From Octopus vulgaris (taxonomy: Eukaryota): 64,000 nt of DNA. Under the pieces are notes generated by a model, which worked only from the letters and a program-made list of their open reading frames with translations, was not told where the DNA came from and searched no databases. Position 1 is the first letter of the stretch. Every line of letters begins with the position of its first letter. Location of the stretch: positions 62,806,001-62,870,000 of the forward strand of contig OX597825.1 of the NCBI GenBank assembly GCA_951406725.2, in the 5' to 3' direction. This document shows, in pieces, positions 39,626 through 51,423 of this stretch. The position numbers and the translations under genes are program-made.

Positions 39626-39672
39626 TGGTTCAGAGGTTTCCTGACACTACAAGGGACAACACATCGAACAAT

Positions 39673-40072
39673 ACTCTTTTACTCTTTTACTTGTTTCAGT
39701 CATTTGACTGTGGCCATGCTGGAGCAAATCGACCCCAGGACTTATTCTTTGTAAGCCTAGTACTTCTTCTATCAGTCTCTTTTGCCGAACCATTAAGGTT
39801 GCTACTAAGGTTGACTTTGCCTTTCATCCAGTATCGGTTGTCAAGTATCGGGGGGACAAACACAGGCACACAAACACATACACACACACATATACATATA
39901 CGTATACGTGACGGGCTTCTTTCAGTTTCCGTCTACCAAATCCACTCACAAGGCTTTGGTCGGCCTGAGGTTATAGTAGAAGACACTTGCCCAAGGTGCC
40001 ACACAGTGGGACTGAACCCAGAACCATGTGGCTGGTAAGCAAGCTACTTACCACACAGCCACTCCTACACCT
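39673..40072 (-). mobile_element. SINE family B splitting the right arm of the inverted duplication
   Basis: Reverse-complement family B; carries a 29-bp foreign patch at 39801-39829. Confidence 0.9.
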
Positions 40073-40154
40073 ATGTTTAAGAAACAGCATTTAGCTTAAA
40101 AATTGAACAGAAAAATAGGATGTGCTATCATTTTAAACATTACCTTTCTCATAG

Positions 40155-40295
40155 ACAATATCAGTGGTATGAAGAGGAGAGGATGGTAGGCATGGGTGAC
40201 TGCTGGTCTACAATAAACAACCTTGTCCAGACTTGTGCCTGAGAGGGGAACTTTCTAGGTGCAATCCCATGGTCATTCATGACCAAGGGGGTTCT
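40155..40295 (+). mobile_element. SINE tail X fragment
   Basis: ..aggtgcaatcccatggtcattcatgacc shared with 24150-24289 and 44590-44730. Confidence 0.8.
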
Positions 40296-40536
40296 TTTAT
40301 AGCAGAAGAAATCAGAAGCTTTACTTATCATTGAAAATAGAGAGGATGTAAATAAGCAAATTTTTGTAGCCATCTTAGTAATCTAACATTCTAGAAATAA
40401 AATTGTAATAATTTAGAAAAAAATTTTTCATTACCAACATGTTTTTAATTACCACTTCACTAAACCCAGTATATAGCTATTTTATGGTAGATATATTAGC
40501 AACATTCTACTTGGGGAAAAAAACTGTGAGCTGGCA

Positions 40537-40960
40537 GGCACAGGAGTGGCTGTGTGGTAAGTAGATTGCATACCAACCACATGGTTCCGGGTTCAGTCCC
40601 ACTGTGTAGCATCTTGGGCAAGTGTCTTCTACTATAGCCTCGGGTCGACCAAAGCCTTGTGAGTGGATTTGGTAGACGGAAACTGAAAGAAGCCCGTCAT
40701 ATATATATATATATGTGTATATATATGTGTATGTATGTGTGTTTGTGTGTCTGTGTTTGTCCCCCTAGCATTGCTTGACAACCAATGCTGGTGTTTTTAC
40801 GTCGCCGTCACTTAGTGGTTTAGTCAAAAGCAACTGATACAATAAGTACTGGGCTTACAAAGAATAAGTCCTGGGGGCAATTTGCTCGACTAAAAGGCGG
40901 TGCTCCAGCATGGCCACAGGCAAATGACTGAAACAAGTAAAAGAGAGAAAAGAGAAAGAG
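40537..40960 (+). mobile_element. SINE family B, full length, inserted in the head of an old SINE A variant (40527-41135)
   Basis: Family B match; gtgagctggcag precedes it and the family A core resumes after 40960. Confidence 0.88.
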
Positions 40961-42121
40961 AGTATGTCAGAAAAATTACTTAGCAACACTTCTGACTTTA
41001 TATGCTAAGTTCAAACGCTACTAAGGTTGACTTTGCCTTTCATCCTTTTGGGATCAATAAGATAAATGCCACTGGGTGCAATGTTATTGACTTAACACTT
41101 CCCTGAAAATTGCTGGCCTTGTGTCAAAATTTAAAGTATATATATTCTATTTGCAAGAAAAAAAGAATGTATATGCACAGAATGTGAGAATAACTGATGG
41201 CTACCTTACCCAATATCATTCTTATAACTTAAATGCTATCACCATTTTATTGAAAAAGCAAATAAGGCAATTTATGTAGCTGGCTTGTTAGTTGAGGTAG
41301 TGCGACTACATTTCACAACTACATTATATAGCTCTTATGAGAGAGAAAAAAAAAGAAACAAAAACAAAAGAATAGAAAAAAACATAGCCTTAACTTCACA
41401 TCTCCACTTGTGCATCACCTAAGGGAGATAGTGTAGCTGATAAGCGAAAATCAAAAATTTTCTTGAATTGAGAATACACAAGGTAACAAAGAAACTAATA
41501 ATAGATAATAATCTGCCTACTTTGAGAGTCAAATCATGTTCATCTTGAACAGCAAACATTTTTATGACTTATTGAATATTTTGATTGCTAATGTTACTTA
41601 ACACCTTGCCACCATTTTCTTGAAAACAACTCGCGTCCTAATCATGTGACTCTTTTCCTGAAACAAATCCACTTCTGCAATACTATACTAACTTGATTAT
41701 CTTTACCAATTCTTGTTTAATTATGCTTCTACAGCTAACCAAACATTGACAAAACATTGCAAACACTATCTCAATTTTTGTGATATCTCAAGTAAAATAA
41801 AAAAAAAAGCATTTTTTTCTCTCATTTAACTATTGTTGTAGTTGCATCTGGTATAATGGAACATTTTGTAAATAAAATATTAGTTTCAATAAATTTGGTT
41901 ATTAGCTCTTAGTTTTTTTAATATAATATTTCAATTGATATACTATCTTCATCATTAATCATCATTGTCAGTGCTGTTGTTATCGTCATCATCATTGTCA
42001 TCACCATTGTCATCATCATCATCATCATCATCCTCATCCTCATCATCATCATCTTGTAATGTCTATCTTTCTTTCTGGTGTGGTTTGGAAGATTGGATGG
42101 GATCTCACAGGTACAGATTCT

Positions 42122-42353
42122 TATATCTTTACTACCCACAAGGGGCTAAACACAGAGGGGACAAACAAGGACAGACAAAGGGATTAAGTCGATTATATCG
42201 ACCCCAGGGCATAACTGGTACTTATTTAATCGACCCTGAAAGGATGAAAGGCAAAGTTGACCTCGGCGGAATTTGAACTCAGAGCGTTTCAGCAGACGAA
42301 ATACCGATAAGCATTTTGCCCGGCGTGCTAACGTTTCTGCCAGCTCGCTGCCT
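42122..42353 (-). mobile_element. SINE family A
   Basis: 10-bp TSD tacagattct at 42112-42121 and 42354-42363. Confidence 0.92.
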
Positions 42354-42699
42354 TACAGATTCTGCTTTATGCTGTAATGTTTGCTTTGGTATTTACAGCT
42401 AGATGTTCCAAATGCTATGGTCATGGCACCAACAGAGAAAGTAAGGCAGCTTGCATGACTAAAATCCTCTTCAAATAAAAATAAAAATAAAAAATAAAAA
42501 GATAGATTATTGGTCAGAGATAAAATGTTAAAGTATGGAAAAATGGACCAGAACAGAACAGGATTTGCTGTGGAAGAGTTAAAGAGTTACATGTCAACCC
42601 ACATTATAGAAGAATGGATGGGAGTCCCAAGAATGAAGCTAGAAAGAGAGAGATAAAATAGCTATGGTTTCTATCATCAATATTCTTAATGCATTTAAG

Positions 42700-42905
42700 A
42701 CAGTGAGCTGAGAAAATTATTAGCACACTGGGAAAAATGCTCAGTAGTATTTCATCCATAAGGTTCTGAGTTCAAATTCTACCGATATTGACTTCGCATT
42801 TCATCCTTTTGCAGTCAATAAAATAAGTAACAGTTTGACACTGGGGACAGTGTAATCGACTTACCCTTCCCTTAAACTTGCTGGCCTTGTGGCAAAATTT
42901 GAAAT
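42700..42905 (+). mobile_element. SINE family A variant (older)
   Basis: gtgagctg..gagttcaaattct..tttcatccttt..gctggccttgtg..aatttgaaa. Confidence 0.8.
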
Positions 42906-43289
42906 CATTATTCTTAAAACTTTTATAAGAGTTTATATGGTAGGGTAAAGTTTGAGAAAAATATTATTCATAAATTTTCATGAAAGTGAAAAAAACTGTA
43001 ACTTTTAAAATCATTGAAATTAATTCAGCAGAGTAAAATGGAGATCTTCAAATAATTATTAAGAAAATATTTTTAATATATAGTCAATAAATGACATAAT
43101 ATTATAGAATAATTCAATAATATTTTAAGAAGGAGACTGATAATTAGTGCACATCTGTGTCAAATTATCTGTTTCTTGACACTAACCAGCAGCATTTGTT
43201 TAGCTTGTTGAATCCATACATGCCCAACCCCACCAATCGACTTGCCACCTATTTTATGATTGCACACAATGCAAATTCTTTTTATATAT

Positions 43290-43690
43290 GAGCTGTGGCT
43301 GTGTGGTAAGTAGCTTGCTTACGAACTACATGGTTCTGGGTTCAGTCCCACTGCATGGCACCTTGGGCAAGTGCCTTCTACTATAGCCTTGGGCCGGCCA
43401 AAGCCTTGTGAGTGGATTTGGTAGACGGAAACTGGAAGAAGCCCATTATATATATATATATATATATATGTGCATGTGTGTATATGTTTGTGTGTCTGTG
43501 TTTGTCACCCCAACATCGCTTGACAACCAATGCTGGTGTGTTCACATCCCTGTAACTTAATGGTTCAGCAAAAGAGACCAATAGAATAAATTCTAGGCTT
43601 ACAAAGAATAAGTCCTGGGGTCAATTTGCTCGACTAAAGGCGGTGCTCCAGCATGGCCACAGTCAAATGACTGAAACAAGTAAAAGAGTA
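43290..43690 (+). mobile_element. SINE family B
   Basis: Family B match. Confidence 0.9.
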
Positions 43691-44221
43691 AGGTCTCTAA
43701 ATAACAAAAGGCTTCCATACAGTCACGTTCCCGGTGAAAACTCTTATTACATTAACATAAGTCACTTATTCAGTCCTTTAGGTAATATACACTGTAGGAT
43801 ATCTTTCAATTTATACGATAAACTTTATAAATTTTAAAGTTCAATATTCCCGTGACATAAGTTAGAGATATTGACATGAGTTATTCAAATAATTGTTCGT
43901 GGAATGAACCTAATAAAATTAGCTAGAGGGCACTCAATACTTCATATTTAAATCCTATGTGACTATTTCTACTTGGATAGGAATTAGAAAATATCATATC
44001 TTGATAATCCTCCAGTATATATTTTGGCTATTTTTGGAATAACTTGCTTTATTAACACTTGATATTTCACATTTAAATTCAATGTATTTATACTTGGATA
44101 TGGTTTGAAAAATATTATATGCTGATAACTTACATTACGTATTTTTAATATTCTTGGAGCAACTTGACTTATTAACATTGGATGTTTCTGTTTTAAGTCA
44201 GATGTGAGTAATTATACTTGG

Positions 44222-44733
44222 TGGAGGTGCAATGGCCTGGTGGTTAGGGCAGCAGACTCATGGTCATAGGATTGCTGTTTCGATTCCCAGACCGGGCATT
44301 GTGAGTGTTTATTGAGTGAAAACACCTAAAGCTCCACAAGGCTCCAGCAGGGGTGGTGATGAACCCTGCTGTACTCTTCCACCACAACTTTCTCTCACTC
44401 TTTCTTTCTGTTTCTGTTGTACCTGTATTTCAAAAGGCCAGCCGTGTCATACTCTGTGTCATGCTGAATCTCCCCAAGAACTTCGTTAAGGCTACACGTG
44501 TCTGTGGAGTGCTCAGCCACTTGCACATTAATAAATGAGCTGCGACGTCACTGATGTCAAGCTGTATTGGCCTTTGCCTTTCTCTTGGATAACATCGGTG
44601 GTGTGGAGAGGGGACGCTGGTAGGTGTGGGCGACTGCTGGTCTTCCATAAACAACCTTGCCTGGATTTATGCCTCAGAAAGTAATTTTCTAGGTGCAATC
44701 CCATGGTCATTCATGACCGAAGGGGGTCATAAC
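44222..44733 (+). mobile_element. SINE family C with tail X, full length
   Basis: tRNA head (TGGCCTGGTGG, TTTCGATTCCC); 12-bp TSD aattatacttgg at 44210-44221 and 44734-44745. Confidence 0.92.
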
Positions 44734-44784
44734 AATTATACTTGGATAGAGATTAAAAAATATTGTATGCTGATAACTAACTTT

Positions 44785-47269
44785 ACATACTAACCAGTAA
44801 AGAGAGGGGTGATATCTCCCCTCCCACAGGGAAGGCTGCAGTCCCCTTCCATGCCCTTCCCTATACCCTTCTCAATTATCCCACCAAATAAAGAGGAATC
44901 GGAGTTGAGAAGCCTCTCTGCCTACCCTTCCAACCTCCCGAGCATCCCCCTTAACCCTCGTAGTAGTCAACCTTCATAAAGGTCTGAAGGTCATACATGT
45001 ACATATTAGATATTGGAAAGGGTTAGAGGTGATGTCATGCACCCTGCACGAGCCAAGCTAACATTGCACAGACCAGGCCAAGTCAGCACTCTCCATCCTT
45101 CCATTTAAATCTACACATTTTAATCCACATTTGACTCGTTTCTCACTGGTAGAAATTATTCCTGATATTTAATTAATGAACAAATGATATCTCAACAGTT
45201 GAAAGTCCAATAGTAACCAGACTATGCTAAGAACACTCCTTGGTATATTACCTAGCTTGCGGTCTATATTGGTTCAATTTGTTCCATTGATTTGGTCAGG
45301 AGAGGGAGACTTATGCGTACACACATGCACACACATACATAGGGCCAAGAATTTTATTAGCACAAATTTTGGATAACCTTGGATGATAGTCACTAGAGTG
45401 CAACTCTGGATGAGGCGTTGTTGCATGTTCAGCATTTCAGTTGCTAAATCTCTTCACCATTATGCTTCAAGCTTGCGAATTCTCTAGCCCTCACCAGCAG
45501 TGGGAGAAGCACCAGAAATCGTTCTGTGTAAACATTGTTCACAGACTGCTGAGGCAAAATCAAGGTCTCGAAATCCAGTTGACTGACATCAAGAATGAAG
45601 CTCTTACTCTTCTTGAAGACTAGGTCCTTCATCTTGGAGGTAAACTTTTGCAGGAGTATGGCTTGCCAGATCCAATAAGGGCACAGCATAGAACAAACTA
45701 AGAAATTTTAAGGAAGACATCCTATAACATCAACAATCTCAGTGAGTGTGTGACAGTGAATGAGCCAAAGCTTTTGACTGAACAATGGACAGCTTACAAC
45801 TGTATTATTCAAATGAGTCAAGAGCAAAAGGATGGACTGTTCTTTTTAGATTCTCCTGTGGGTACTGGCGAGACGTTTTTGATCAACCTTTTGTTAGCAG
45901 AAGTCCGTCTAGATGGGTACATTGCATTGGTGGTAGTATCTTCTGGACTCGTAGCAACTCTCTTGACAGGTGGTTGAACAGCTCATTCTACTTTGAAGCT
46001 TCTCTTGAATATAATTTGAACTGAGACTCCAATTTGTAATATCTCTTAGACATCAGCAGAGGCCAAGGTCTTTCAGCAGACATGATGGATTATCTGGGAT
46101 GAATGCACCATGTTTCACCACGGAGCACTTGAAGCTGCTGACTGTAGCCTAAGAGATTTGAGAGGAAAGGACATTCTCATGGGTGGCATCACTGTAGTTT
46201 TGGCTGGGGATTTCAGACAAACCTTTCCTGTTATCCAAAAGGGAATAAAGGCAGATAAACTAAAGGCTTGTCTCAAGCACTCCTATCTGTTGAGGCAAGT
46301 GACCAAATGGCATCTGACAGTTAACATGAGGGCCCAATTATTTGGTGATCAAACTACCGGACTGTTTGCATGCCAGCTTTTGAACACAGGAAATGGGAAA
46401 CTACCTTATGTTCACCAAATGCAGCAACACAAGCTACCCTGTGGTGAGATGGTACCAGTTGTCAATGATCTCAAAAGACATGTATTTCCAAACATTGCAC
46501 AAAACTTTAGCAAGTCAATGGCTATGTGAGTCACGTAATGATGCTGTCAACAAAGTCAGTTTGGATCTCTTGCAGCTGTTGCCAGGACAAGAACAGTCTT
46601 TCAAATTCATCGACAATGTCATTGATCAGGACCAAACTGTAGTTTTTCCAACTGAGTTCCTGAACTCTCTACAGACATCTGGGATGCCACCTCACAACTT
46701 AACACTTAAAAAGTGAGCCCCAGTCATACTGCTCAGGAATCTGGAGCCATCTTGACTATGCAATGGCATCAGACTGGTGGTGAAAGTGATACAAGCCCAT
46801 ATCTTAGAGGCAGTAACTATCACTGGGAAATATAAAAGTGAGGATATCTTCATTCCATGGATCCTATTAATCCCATCTGACCTCCCCTTTGAATTTAAAT
46901 GGCTCCAGTTCCCAGTGAAACTAAGTTTTACTAAGCCCATAAACAAATCTCAAGGACATTCTCTCAAGGTTGTTGGACTTAACCTTGCTTCTCCTTGCAT
47001 CTCTCATTGGCAATTATATGTAGGATGTTTGCAAGTTGGAAGTCCCAAAACTCTTTTGATTTGTACCCCAGTTAAAGGACACACTGAAAACATTGTATAT
47101 TTAGAAGTTCTACGAAATAAAACTGTGATTAGTTTCAGGAATTGTTTTAATAACTTTGGTTGTACTCATGTCATCTGATAGAACTTTTCTGATTTTTTGA
47201 TCAGAATAAATATATAAATTTCCTTTAAGATTCTTTAAGTTTCCAAGCAACGCCGGGTACTTAAGCTAG
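44785..47269 (+). mobile_element. Helitron, defective (5' boundary approximate)
   Basis: 3' end ccaagcaacgccgggtacttaagCTAG|T (subterminal hairpin remnant plus CTAG); contains a PIF1-type helicase pseudo-ORF. Confidence 0.85.
45375..47120 (+). pseudogene. Helitron PIF1-family (SF1B) helicase pseudogene
   Basis: DSPVGTGETF (Walker A, K>E), IIWDECTM, GGITVVLAGDFRQ, FPTEFLNSL..SGMPPHNL, QFPVKLSF..INKSQG, QLYV; multiple stops and frameshifts. Confidence 0.92.
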
Positions 47270-47285
47270 TATATATTCGTGTGTA

Positions 47286-47317
<32 letters not shown>

Positions 47318-48548
47318 TGTGTATGTGTGTGTGTATATACATAGTTACATGCATACATATATACATATATATACATGCATATATGTGTGTACACACGCAC
47401 ACAAGCACATGCACATATACACACACATATGTCTTATGATGGAGTGGAATATGAGAAAAACCCATTATTAGCAAACATTTCTAAAATTCGTTCTTCTTGA
47501 GCTTCTACAAGAATTATTCCCAGGTGTGTTTAAACTGATGGATATTTGTTGCCTCAACTTTCAAATTTGCTAACTTGTTTCTCACTAAACCTAATAAGGC
47601 TGCACTTCAGTGCTACTCAGATGGTTTTATTTCACATCTGTGCCCTACATAATTATTTGTAAAGGAGAATTAACTGTTTCTTAGCAATTTGAATGGGATT
47701 GGTTTCAACATTAATATCACTCCTAGACCATTTCTCAACCTCTCTTAATCTCTCTTCATTTTCACTTCTTGAGCAAGCATATTCCTAGGAGATCCATTAG
47801 ATTTTTCGCTCCATTAAAAGTTTCTATTTAATGTCTCTTCTGCATAAACTTTTAATTCTTCATATAAACTATTATTGATTTTTTTTTCAGAAGATTCTGA
47901 TATTATATAAGGTGAAAAGAAAATGGAGGTAGATTTAAGAGTCTATAAAATGTTCACCTTCTCTTTGACTCTCCATCTATGCATTAGCCACATCACCTTT
48001 TATAATATGGTAAATACACTCTTGGACCATATGCTGTCAGTATACATCAAAAACAATGAGTTTCAGGAAATTTGTTAGAATTACTAAGAACAGTTTTGGC
48101 ATATGCTGGCTGACTTCATTAGACAAGCCATCATTTAAAATATTTCTATCGATTTCCTTATCTATATACTTAAGTCTTTTAGATTTTGCCAGCGTAATTT
48201 GTTTCTGACAATATTTGTCATCAAACTTCAGTGACAGAGATGTCAGTAGGTAACAAGGTAAGCATCTTACAAACAAAAATTTACGAGAGTAATTGAAGTA
48301 ATTGTGAGACATAATATTTAATTTCCTTGTACTTATGTGTACAAATAAACTGAAGACATAGTTGACAGATGAATTTGACGGCTCAGCATATTTATCTCAT
48401 TTGTCTGAAACAATTGACATTCAGGATAATTGAGAGAGATTTCAACGAAATTTTTTTGTACAACAGTTTCTAAAACAGGTCCAAAGCTAACAGTTTTGTG
48501 AAGAAGAGTTTAGTAATAACTACCTAATCCAGTGCTTTGTTGATACTA

Positions 48549-49464
48549 TTGGGTTGTCCGGAAAGTTCATGCCGATTTATAGTAGCTTACCTTTCCAATT
48601 ATTTTAGAACATGGTTGAGTCCATAAAATATGATTTGACTACACCACCATTCTCTAGAAAAACGCCGCCGCCGTGGTGATCTCATTCTCGCTCACAACAT
48701 CATAAGCGGAAAGTGTAACCTCTCGAAAGAGCTGTTCTTCGCTCCTGCTCCAGAGCGTCGGCTGCGGGGTCACTCCGAAAAGCTCTATCTGCAACAATTT
48801 CATCTCAATCGAGGGAGAGGGGCTTTCTCTGTCCGGGTTGCGGATCTGTGGAACAAGCTGCCAGACGAGATGGTGAAGATGCAGACGACTGCTTTGTTCA
48901 AAGTCTCCCTTGACCTCAAGTGGCCTGAATTCTTTACATGAACACCACCCTGTACATAACTCCATGTCCCCCTACATGGCCTTGCTTTTTGCTTTTTGAG
49001 CCAAAAAATTAACTAACTAACTAACATTTAGAGTACAGTTTAAGCTATCTTTACGTGGAAGAAGGTTTATGTTCCTATAACCTGTGTTAATTCTGTAACC
49101 CTTTAAAATGGAAGATAAGAAAGTTCATTTTCGGCACTTGATGCTTTGGGAACCAGATAAAAATTGCTGCAGCTTGGCTGGGATGTGTTACCCCACCCTC
49201 CATATCACCAGATATTGCTCCTTCAGATTTCCACTTATTCAGGTCTCTGTAGAATAGTCTTAATGGTAAAAAGATACCTTGATGAATTCTTTGCCATGAA
49301 ACCACCTCAATTCTGGGAAGAGAGTATTTGCAAGTTAAAGGAAAGATGGAGACGCATTGTGCAAGAAAATGGTTCATATTTGGTTGATTAAAAATGTAAT
49401 GGCAAGTATTTCTTGACCTTTTTCTTTCCTTTAAAAATTGGCACGAACTTTCTGGACAACTCAA
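48549..49464 (+). mobile_element. mariner deletion derivative, copy 2 (contains a CR1 insertion)
   Basis: Same TIRs as 21473-22049; TA TSD at 48547-48548 and 49465-49466. Confidence 0.93.
48652..49024 (+). mobile_element. 5'-truncated CR1-clade LINE
   Basis: Open frame 48651-48941: SLEKRRRRGDLI..RLRGHSEKL..FSVRVADLWNKLP..*; (TAAC)n tail; catt duplicated at 48648-48651 and 49025-49028. Confidence 0.92.
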
Positions 49465-49833
49465 TATATTGTATCTAGCCTCAAGAAATGAAACTTAAAT
49501 TTGACACAAATGTGATATGAAATCAGTATATAAACTGTCAGAAGTAACCCCCAAGGCATTTTCCCAACAACCTGGTTTTAATGATAATTACCTGGTACCA
49601 AATATTATGAAGTAAATCAACGCAATCTTTATAATTTATTCATGAGTAGAAAATCCAAAGCATTAAGTGCCACAATAACATTTTGAAAATTGACAGAAAC
49701 ATGATCATACATATCTGGCTCATAAGTTCTCTTTGGAACACAAAGTTTCAGTTAAAGTTCTAATAGGTAGCACCTTGGTCTGACTAAAGGTTTGGAGGGT
49801 AAATTTTGTAAACAAAAACGAAAAGAAGCCTGT

Positions 49834-49881
<48 letters not shown>

Positions 49882-50768
49882 ATTATAAGAAGGGTTTCAC
49901 TATGTGCCTAACCATGCACTGAAAAATAGACGCCAAATGACACTGTTACCACCAGAAATTCTCTGAGAATAACACACCATATAATAGGCTAGCAAAAGAA
50001 AGAAAATGAATTAAAACTTTTGGTTAACCGCGTACAAGATCCTGTTTCAAGCTTATATATATACACAGCATATATGTGAGTGTAAGTGGTCATGTGTGTG
50101 TATTTAGCCTTGAAAGGCTCATAAACAGTTCATCCTTGAGAAAAAACGATTTTGATTTTCAAAATCTGCATGCCAAAGATGGCTGTAAGTATAATCTCCT
50201 TCTTATTGGGCTCTGAGTAACAGATTTAGCTAATTCAATCGATGAAGCAGTAAGCCACAAGAATACATGTGACCTATATTTCAATGATATAATTCACAGC
50301 TCCTGGAAAGGCATTTTCACACACAAGTAGGAAAATTTTGTTCCAAAATGTTTTCCAGTGAAAGGCCATATAAAATCCGAATACACTTGAACATATTAAA
50401 TATTATTTAACCTGATTATATTTCAGTCAACGTTATTTTCTCCAACATTGTTCATTTAATTGTAACTTGATCAAACATTATGTGCCCCAGCAAGCATTTT
50501 GTGTGCTGTTTTAATAAGAATAATTTTGGACAGTGAGTTATAGATCTGGTTTTTGTTTCTGATAAAACAGAATGTCACAGAAACACAGTTTTCCTATGAT
50601 CCATTGACATCCTCCACCATCAATGAAAAGATGTTTTCACATCTCACAAATGATAATTTTGTTCTGAGATTATTTTCTGGCTGAAGCACCTTATGATGTC
50701 CAAATACACTTGAATGTATTAAATAAGATGATTATATTGTACTCAGCTTTGCTTCATGTACCATTATA

Positions 50769-51333
50769 TTGGATTGTTCAGAAAGTTCGTGCCAATTTAT
50801 GGTAGCTTACCTTTCGACTTATTTTAGAACATAGTTGAGTCCATAAAATAGATTTGACTACACCTCCATTTAGAGCACAGTTTAAGCTATCTTTTCGTGG
50901 AAGAAGATTTATGTTCCTATAACCTGTGTTAATTCTGTAACCCTTTAAAATGGAAGATAAGAAAGTTCATTTTCAGCACTTGATGCTTCGGGAACCAGAT
51001 AAAAATTGCTGCAGCTTGGCTGGGATGTGTTACCCCACCCTCCATATTCTCCAGATATTGCTTTTTCGGATTTCCACTTATTCAGGTCTCGGCAGAATAG
51101 ACTGAAAGGTAAAAATTTCAATTCCTTGGATGATGTAAAAAGATACCTTGATGAATTCTTTGCCATGAAACCACCTCAATTCTGGGAAGAGAGTATTTGC
51201 AAGTTAAAAGAAAGATGGAGACTCATTGTGCAACAAAATGGTTTATATTTGGTTGATTGAAAATGTAATGGCAAGTATTTATTGACCTTTTTCTTTCCTT
51301 TAAAAATCGGCACAAACTTTCTGGACAACCCAA
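50769..51333 (+). mobile_element. mariner deletion derivative, copy 3
   Basis: TIRs, TA TSD, LGWDVLPHPPYSPDIAFSDFHLF. Confidence 0.93.
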
Positions 51334-51389
51334 TATGTGTGTATGTGTGTGTGTGTGTGTGTGCACGTGTGTGTGTGTATGTGTGTGTG

Positions 51390-51423
<34 letters not shown>

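Larger units (their letters stand above)
38483..40142. repeat. Local inverted duplication (left arm 38483-38639; right arm 39358-40142, interrupted twice)
   Basis: 38483-38552 vs 40073-40142 match at 67/70 as reverse complements; 38553-38590 matches 39634-39672; 38614-38639 matches 39358-39382. Confidence 0.85.

Noticed and set aside
45375-47120. Host PIF1 gene
   Set aside because: Intronless, many stops and frameshifts, Walker A lysine lost, Helitron CTAG end follows
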